From Pseudomonadota bacterium (GTDB lineage: Bacteria; Pseudomonadota; Gammaproteobacteria; Acidiferrobacterales; Acidiferrobacteraceae): 64,000 nt of DNA. The notes under the pieces were generated by a model that saw only the letters and a list, made by a program, of their open reading frames with translations, was not told the DNA's origin and searched no databases. Location of the stretch: the NCBI GenBank assembly GCA_021827145.1, contig JAKAXK010000001.1, forward strand, positions 9,006 to 73,005, read 5' to 3'. How positions within the stretch are numbered: position 1 is the first letter of the stretch; each line of letters begins with the position of its first letter. Position numbers and translations under genes: made by a program. Positions 58,036 through 64,000 of this stretch are shown here, in pieces.

Positions 58036-59406
58036 CTATTTCTTGGGGCGCCGCCAGCCGTTTACTGTCTTTTGGGCAACACGGCTTATGGTCAGTTCAC
58101 CAGCTGGCGCGTCTTTCGTGAGCGTCGTGCCCGCGCCCACAGTGGCGTCTGCCCCCACTTCGACCGGCGCCACGAGTTGCGTGTCGGACCCTATGAAAGC
58201 GCGGTCGCCTATGACCGTTCTGTGCTTGTGCGCCCCGTCGTAATTACAGGTAATGACCCCGGCGCCGACATTGACGCCAGTGCCGACCGTGGCGTCACCG
58301 ATATAGCTTAAATGGTTGATCTTGCTGTTGGCCCCAACCTGCGAGGCCTTGACCTCGACGAAGTTTCCCACGCGGGCGCGGGCGCCCAGGACCGTGCCCG
58401 GCCGCAGGCGGGCGAAGGGGCCGACCACGCACCCTGAACCCACCTCGGCGCCGTCGATGACGGAGTGGGCCTCGATCCGCGCGCCGGAGGCGATGCGGCT
58501 GTCGCGCAAAACGCAATGCGGACCGATGCGCACGTCGTCGCCGATCTCCACGTGGCCCTCAAAGACACAATTGACGTCGATCAAGACGTCGCGCCCGGTC
58601 GTGATCGTCCCGCGGACATCGATCCGACGCGGATCCATGAGCTGCGCTCCGGAAAGCATGAGGGCCTGGGCACACTCGTCCTGATAGGCGCGCTCGAGCA
58701 GGGCGAGGTCAAGGCGACTATTGACCCCCTCGACTTCGGTGACGCGCGTCGGTGACACGGCGGCGACCGCAACACCGTTGGCCACCGCCAGCGCAACGAC
58801 ATCTGTGAGATAGAGCTCGCCCTGGGCGTTGGTCGCGGTAAGTCTCGGGATCCAACGGCGCAGGTGCGCCACGGGAGCCGCCAGTACACCGCTATTGACC
58901 TCGCGGATGAGACGCTCCTCGGGTGTCGCGTCGCGCCACTCCACGATACGCGCGACCCGACCCCGGGCATCGCGGACGATGCGGCCATACTGGTTATCGT
59001 GCGCGGCCTCAAAGGTGAGCAAGGCCGCGCCACCCGCCGCCCGTTCACATAAGGTCTTGAGGGTGCCGCGCTTGAGGAGCGGCACGTCCCCCAAAAGGAC
59101 GAGCGCTAGGCTGTGGTCATCCAGACGCGGCAAGGCGCAGCGGACGGCATCCCCCGTACCCTTTTGGCTGGGTTGCAAGACCCAGTCGACTTCGACATCT
59201 AGAAAGGCCTCGCGGACCTGTTCGCCGCCATGGCCGTAGACCACGTGGATAGCGCGCGGCCCAAGGGCTGCGGCCGTATCCAGCACGTGGGCCAACAAAG
59301 GCCGTCCCGCCAGAGTATGGAGCACCTTGGGGAGGTTCGACGCCATGCGGCGTCCCTGGCCCGCGGCCAAGACGATGATCTCGAGTGAAAAGGGCGAGGC
59401 CTGCAT
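58036..59406 (-). CDS. glmU: bifunctional UDP-GlcNAc pyrophosphorylase / GlcN-1-P acetyltransferase
   Basis: It has the N-terminal 'ILAAGQGRRM' and C-terminal left-handed beta-helix hexapeptide repeats. Confidence 0.95.
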   Translation of the reverse strand: MQASPFSLEIIVLAAGQGRRMASNLPKVLHTLAGRPLLAHVLDTAAALGPRAIHVVYGHGGEQVREAFLDVEVDWVLQPSQKGTGDAVRCALPRLDDHSLALVLLGDVPLLKRGTLKTLCERAAGGAALLTFEAAHDNQYGRIVRDARGRVARIVEWRDATPEERLIREVNSGVLAAPVAHLRRWIPRLTATNAQGELYLTDVVALAVANGVAVAAVSPTRVTEVEGVNSRLDLALLERAYQDECAQALMLSGAQLMDPRRIDVRGTITTGRDVLIDVNCVFEGHVEIGDDVRIGPHCVLRDSRIASGARIEAHSVIDGAEVGSGCVVGPFARLRPGTVLGARARVGNFVEVKASQVGANSKINHLSYIGDATVGTGVNVGAGVITCNYDGAHKHRTVIGDRAFIGSDTQLVAPVEVGADATVGAGTTLTKDAPAGELTISRVAQKTVNGWRRPKK

Positions 59407-59462
59407 AAGCCGGTATTAGAGCGGTCTCATGAGGGAAAGGCAATGCCCGAAAGGCGGAAGCG

Positions 59463-59930
59463 TCAGTGCAGGGCCTGTGCCGGTCGCCCGGCGAGTCGCT
59501 CCTCGGGGGTCGCGTCACGTATTCCCTGCACGGTAACCACGAAATGCACTGTTTGTCCGGCGAGGGGATGATTGGCGTCGACCGTGAGTTTGCCATCGGC
59601 GATCGCCGTCACCACGAAATGGATGGTCTCGCCCTGCTCATTCTCGGCCTCCACCTCGGCCCCCAGGCGATGATACTCCGGCGGGACGTGTGCGATGTCA
59701 TCGGTGAAGGTGAGCGCCGGGTCGTGATCGCCGAAACCCTCGGCGGGCGACAACTCCACCTCGACCGTATCACCGACGCGCCGCCCTTCGAGGGCCGTCT
59801 CGATCTTGGCAAACAAGGCCTCGCCCGACCCATGCAGATAGGAGACAGGGACATCGGTGTGCTCGTAGATCTCACCGCGACTATCGCGCAAGGTATACGT
59901 CAAGGACACGATCTTGTCTTTGGTCACCAT
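59463..59930 (-). CDS. FKBP-type peptidyl-prolyl isomerase (SlyD/SlpA-like)
   Basis: It has 'V.L.Y.L.D..GE', an IF-domain insertion and 'HPLAGQTVHF'. Confidence 0.8.
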   Translation of the reverse strand: MVTKDKIVSLTYTLRDSRGEIYEHTDVPVSYLHGSGEALFAKIETALEGRRVGDTVEVELSPAEGFGDHDPALTFTDDIAHVPPEYHRLGAEVEAENEQGETIHFVVTAIADGKLTVDANHPLAGQTVHFVVTVQGIRDATPEERLAGRPAQALH

Positions 59931-59953
59931 AAATCGCCTCCTTTAAGCCGGCC

Positions 59954-60388
59954 CTAGACGCGGCCTGAGCCCGACCCGCGCGCGCGATACCGCCGCACGA
60001 CATGGAGTCGCGCGGTGGCCTGCGCGAGCTCCGCCTGGGCATGGGCATAATCGGCCTTGCCGGCCTGCTCCTCGGCATGCCGGGCCGCGTCATCGACGGC
60101 CTTGGCGGCAAGCGCCTCGTCGATGTCGGCGGCGCGCTCGCCGGCGTCCGCAAGCACCGTCACATGATTCGGCTGAACCTCCACGAAGCCGCCGCTCACA
60201 TAGAAGACCTGCTCCGCGCCGCTTATGTCCTGAAGACGCACGCCGCCCGCCTTCAGGATGCCAAGCAAGGGTGAATGGCCGGGCAGAAAGCCCGCCTCGC
60301 CCTCCCGCAAGGGCGCGATGACGCGCGTCGCCTCCCCGGAGAAAAGCTCTTTCTCGGCATTAACGATGTCGACCCGAAAGCGATCCAT
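59954..60388 (-). CDS. atpC: ATP synthase F1 epsilon subunit
   Basis: It lies downstream of atpD and has the typical epsilon N-terminal beta-sandwich sequence. Confidence 0.9.
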   Translation of the reverse strand: MDRFRVDIVNAEKELFSGEATRVIAPLREGEAGFLPGHSPLLGILKAGGVRLQDISGAEQVFYVSGGFVEVQPNHVTVLADAGERAADIDEALAAKAVDDAARHAEEQAGKADYAHAQAELAQATARLHVVRRYRARGSGSGRV

Positions 60389-60394
60389 GGCGCC

Positions 60395-61780
<1,386 letters not shown>

Positions 61781-62641
61781 CTAGACCGCCGACGCGCCGC
61801 TTACGATCTCCGCTATCTCCTGCGTGATCGCCGCCTGGCGCGCCTTGTTGTATGCCAATTTCAGATCGCCGATCAAACGCCCGGCGTTTTCGGTAGCCGC
61901 GCGCATCGCCACCATGCGGGCCGCCTGCTCGCTCGCCGAGTTCTCCAATACGACCCCGTAGGTCCGCGTCTCCAGATAGCGCGTGAGGATCTCGGATAGG
62001 ACATCCTGCGCCTCCGGCTCGTAGAGGTAGTCCCAGCGGTGCCGTCCGGCGTCAGGCTTCGGCTCCGGCAGCGGCAGCAGGTCTTCGGCGACGGCCACCT
62101 GCGCCAGGGCACTGCGAAAACGACTGTAGACAAGCACGACGCGGTCGAGCCGCTCCTCGCGATAGGCGTCGGCCATGACCTTGACCACGCCCGTGACGGA
62201 CTGGGAACTCGGACGATCGCCAAGCGGCGCCATTTGCGCCACGATCGGAGCCTTGAGCTTGCGAAAATAGGTCGCGCCCTTGGTGCCCAAGACCGCCACC
62301 TCTCCTTGGATACCGGCATCCTCCCACTCCTTCAACAGCCCAACGGCGACGCGGAACACGTTCACGTTCAGCGCGCCGGCCAACCCCCGATCAGAGGTCA
62401 CAACCAAGACCGCCGCGCGGCGCACTGGCCGCACCGCGAGCAAGGGGTGACGGTACTCGGGGTGGGCCGCCCGGATATGGCGCATGACTGTCACGAGGCT
62501 CTCGGCATAAGGGCGCGCGGCGCTCATGCGGTCCTGGGCCTTGCGCATCTTGGCGGCCGCGACCATTTGCATGGCGCGCGTGATCTTTTGCGTGCTCTGC
62601 ACGCTTCGGATCTGGCGCCTGATCTCCTTTCCGTGCGCCAT
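61781..62641 (-). CDS. atpG: ATP synthase F1 gamma subunit
   Basis: It has 'IRSVQSTQKITRAMQMVAAAK' and the C-terminal 'ITQEI.EIV.GA'. Confidence 0.95.
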   Translation of the reverse strand: MAHGKEIRRQIRSVQSTQKITRAMQMVAAAKMRKAQDRMSAARPYAESLVTVMRHIRAAHPEYRHPLLAVRPVRRAAVLVVTSDRGLAGALNVNVFRVAVGLLKEWEDAGIQGEVAVLGTKGATYFRKLKAPIVAQMAPLGDRPSSQSVTGVVKVMADAYREERLDRVVLVYSRFRSALAQVAVAEDLLPLPEPKPDAGRHRWDYLYEPEAQDVLSEILTRYLETRTYGVVLENSASEQAARMVAMRAATENAGRLIGDLKLAYNKARQAAITQEIAEIVSGASAV

Positions 62642-64000
62642 CAGTAGGTCCCTTGGGCCTTGAACGTCTCTACGAAGCGCGTGAGGCGCGCGATGATATC
62701 CTCGTTGTAGTCGCCGGTCTCGTTGATGCTCTTCAGGGCATCGCCATGCTCGGCATGGGCCGCGGACCTGAGCGCCGAATCGAACGCTATGACCTTCTCC
62801 AACGGCAAGTCGTCGAGCGCGCCGGTGTTGGCGGCGAGCAGCGACAAGGACATATCGGCGACCGACAAGGGCTGATACTGGCCCTGCTTCATGAGCTCGG
62901 TGACTCGGCGCCCGCGATCGAGCTGCTTGCGCGTCGCGGCATCGAGATCGGACGCGAATTGCGAGAACGCGGCCAGCTCGCGGTACTGCGCAAGCGCCAG
63001 ACGCACACCGCCGCCCAGCTTCTTCATGACCTTGGTCTGCGCCGCGCCGCCCACGCGAGACACCGAGAGGCCGGCGTTGATGGCGGGACGGATGCCCGAG
63101 TTGAAGAGGTCGGTCTCAAGAAAGATCTGACCGTCGGTGATCGAGATCACATTGGTGGGGACGAAGGCCGAGACGTCACCCGCCTGGGTCTCTATGATCG
63201 GCAGGGCCGTCAGCGATCCCGTGCGCCCCTTGACGCCGGATTGGCGCTCCACATACTCCTCGTTGACACGCGAGGCGCGCTCCAGCAGGCGTGAATGGAG
63301 ATAGAACACGTCGCCCGGATAGGCCTCGCGGCCCGGCGGTCGGCGCAACAAAAGCGATATCTGGCGATACGCCCACGCCTGCTTGGTCAGATCGTCATAG
63401 ACGACAAGCGCATCTTGTCCGCGATCACGAAAATATTCGCCCATCGCACAACCGGCGTACGGCGCTAGGTACTGCATGGCCGCCGAGTCGGCGGCGGTGG
63501 CCGCCACCACGATGGTGTGATCCATGGCGCCCATCTCGGTCAAACGATGGACTACGCCCGCGACGCTCGAGGCCTTCTGGCCGATGGTCACGTAGATGCA
63601 CATCACACCCGTGCCGCGTTGCGCGAGGATGGCGTCGATGGCGAGCGCGGTCTTTCCCGTCTGGCGGTCACCTATGATGAGCTCGCGCTGGCCGCGCCCG
63701 ATCGGCACCATGGCGTCTATGACCTTGATCCCGGTCTGCAAGGGTTGTGTGACGGAGCGCCGGGCAACGACGCCCGGGGCGACCTTCTCGACGGGGGACG
63801 TGGCCTGGGCCACGATCTCGCCACGGCCGTCGATAGGCTTGCCCAGCGCATCGACCACGCGACCCAGGAGCTCCGGGCCCACGGGGACCTCGAGGATACG
63901 GCCCGTGCCCTTAACGACGTCGCCTTCGCTCAAGTGGCCGTAATCGCCCAAGATGACGGCGCCCACGGAGTCACGCTCCAGATTGAAGGCGAGCCCATAG
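62641..64000 (-). CDS. atpA: ATP synthase F1 alpha subunit (5' end lies beyond the window)
   Basis: It has 'GDRQTGKT' Walker A and F1 alpha motifs. The frame is open to the window edge. Confidence 0.95.
   Translation of the reverse strand, partial: YGLAFNLERDSVGAVILGDYGHLSEGDVVKGTGRILEVPVGPELLGRVVDALGKPIDGRGEIVAQATSPVEKVAPGVVARRSVTQPLQTGIKVIDAMVPIGRGQRELIIGDRQTGKTALAIDAILAQRGTGVMCIYVTIGQKASSVAGVVHRLTEMGAMDHTIVVAATAADSAAMQYLAPYAGCAMGEYFRDRGQDALVVYDDLTKQAWAYRQISLLLRRPPGREAYPGDVFYLHSRLLERASRVNEEYVERQSGVKGRTGSLTALPIIETQAGDVSAFVPTNVISITDGQIFLETDLFNSGIRPAINAGLSVSRVGGAAQTKVMKKLGGGVRLALAQYRELAAFSQFASDLDAATRKQLDRGRRVTELMKQGQYQPLSVADMSLSLLAANTGALDDLPLEKVIAFDSALRSAAHAEHGDALKSINETGDYNEDIIARLTRFVETFKAQGTY

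Overview
This is a high-GC chromosomal segment, roughly two-thirds G+C by eye, from a proteobacterium with gammaproteobacteria-like housekeeping synteny. The housekeeping genes are atpA-G-D-C, glmU-glmS, polA, engB, rnd, mpl, uvrD, thrB, prmB and rpmE. A sor-sqr cluster suggests a sulfur-oxidising lifestyle. About 55 genes are supported. Five blocks are not ordinary core genome. (1) 34077-38178 is a low-GC (~50%) three-gene, translationally coupled operon between engB and polA. It encodes HAD phosphatase-PRTase, a DprA/Smf-like protein with an unknown C-terminal half, and a degenerate-HAD-PRTase paralog. This is my best candidate for an undescribed nucleotide- or ssDNA-centred conflict (anti-phage) system, possibly an elaborated relative of the two-gene DprA-PRTase system. 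(2) 4946-16960 is a beta-oxidation operon joined by three ATGA start/stop overlaps. Its first gene encodes a ~2333-aa single polypeptide fusing FixC/FixX-like ETF-quinone oxidoreductase, two acyl-CoA dehydrogenase modules and EtfB/EtfA-like modules. (3) 17215-20662 holds sulfur oxygenase reductase, an SQR-like flavoprotein and a repeat-containing DUF1641 protein. (4) 23555-26713 is a relic of a mobilisable element: a TM-less T4CP-like ATPase, a truncated MobA/MobL relaxase lacking the catalytic Tyr, and vapBC. (5) 50358-56179 is a decayed insertion and rearrangement zone at the glmS 3' end. It contains a diverged glmS 3' relic, frameshifted HipA-like and HIRAN genes, an IS630 with recognisable inverted repeats inserted into a relic ybjQ-pspA junction, and an IS66-family transposase. 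I recognised no rRNA, tRNA or CRISPR array. All calls rest on reading the translated ORFs and the DNA; no database search was run.
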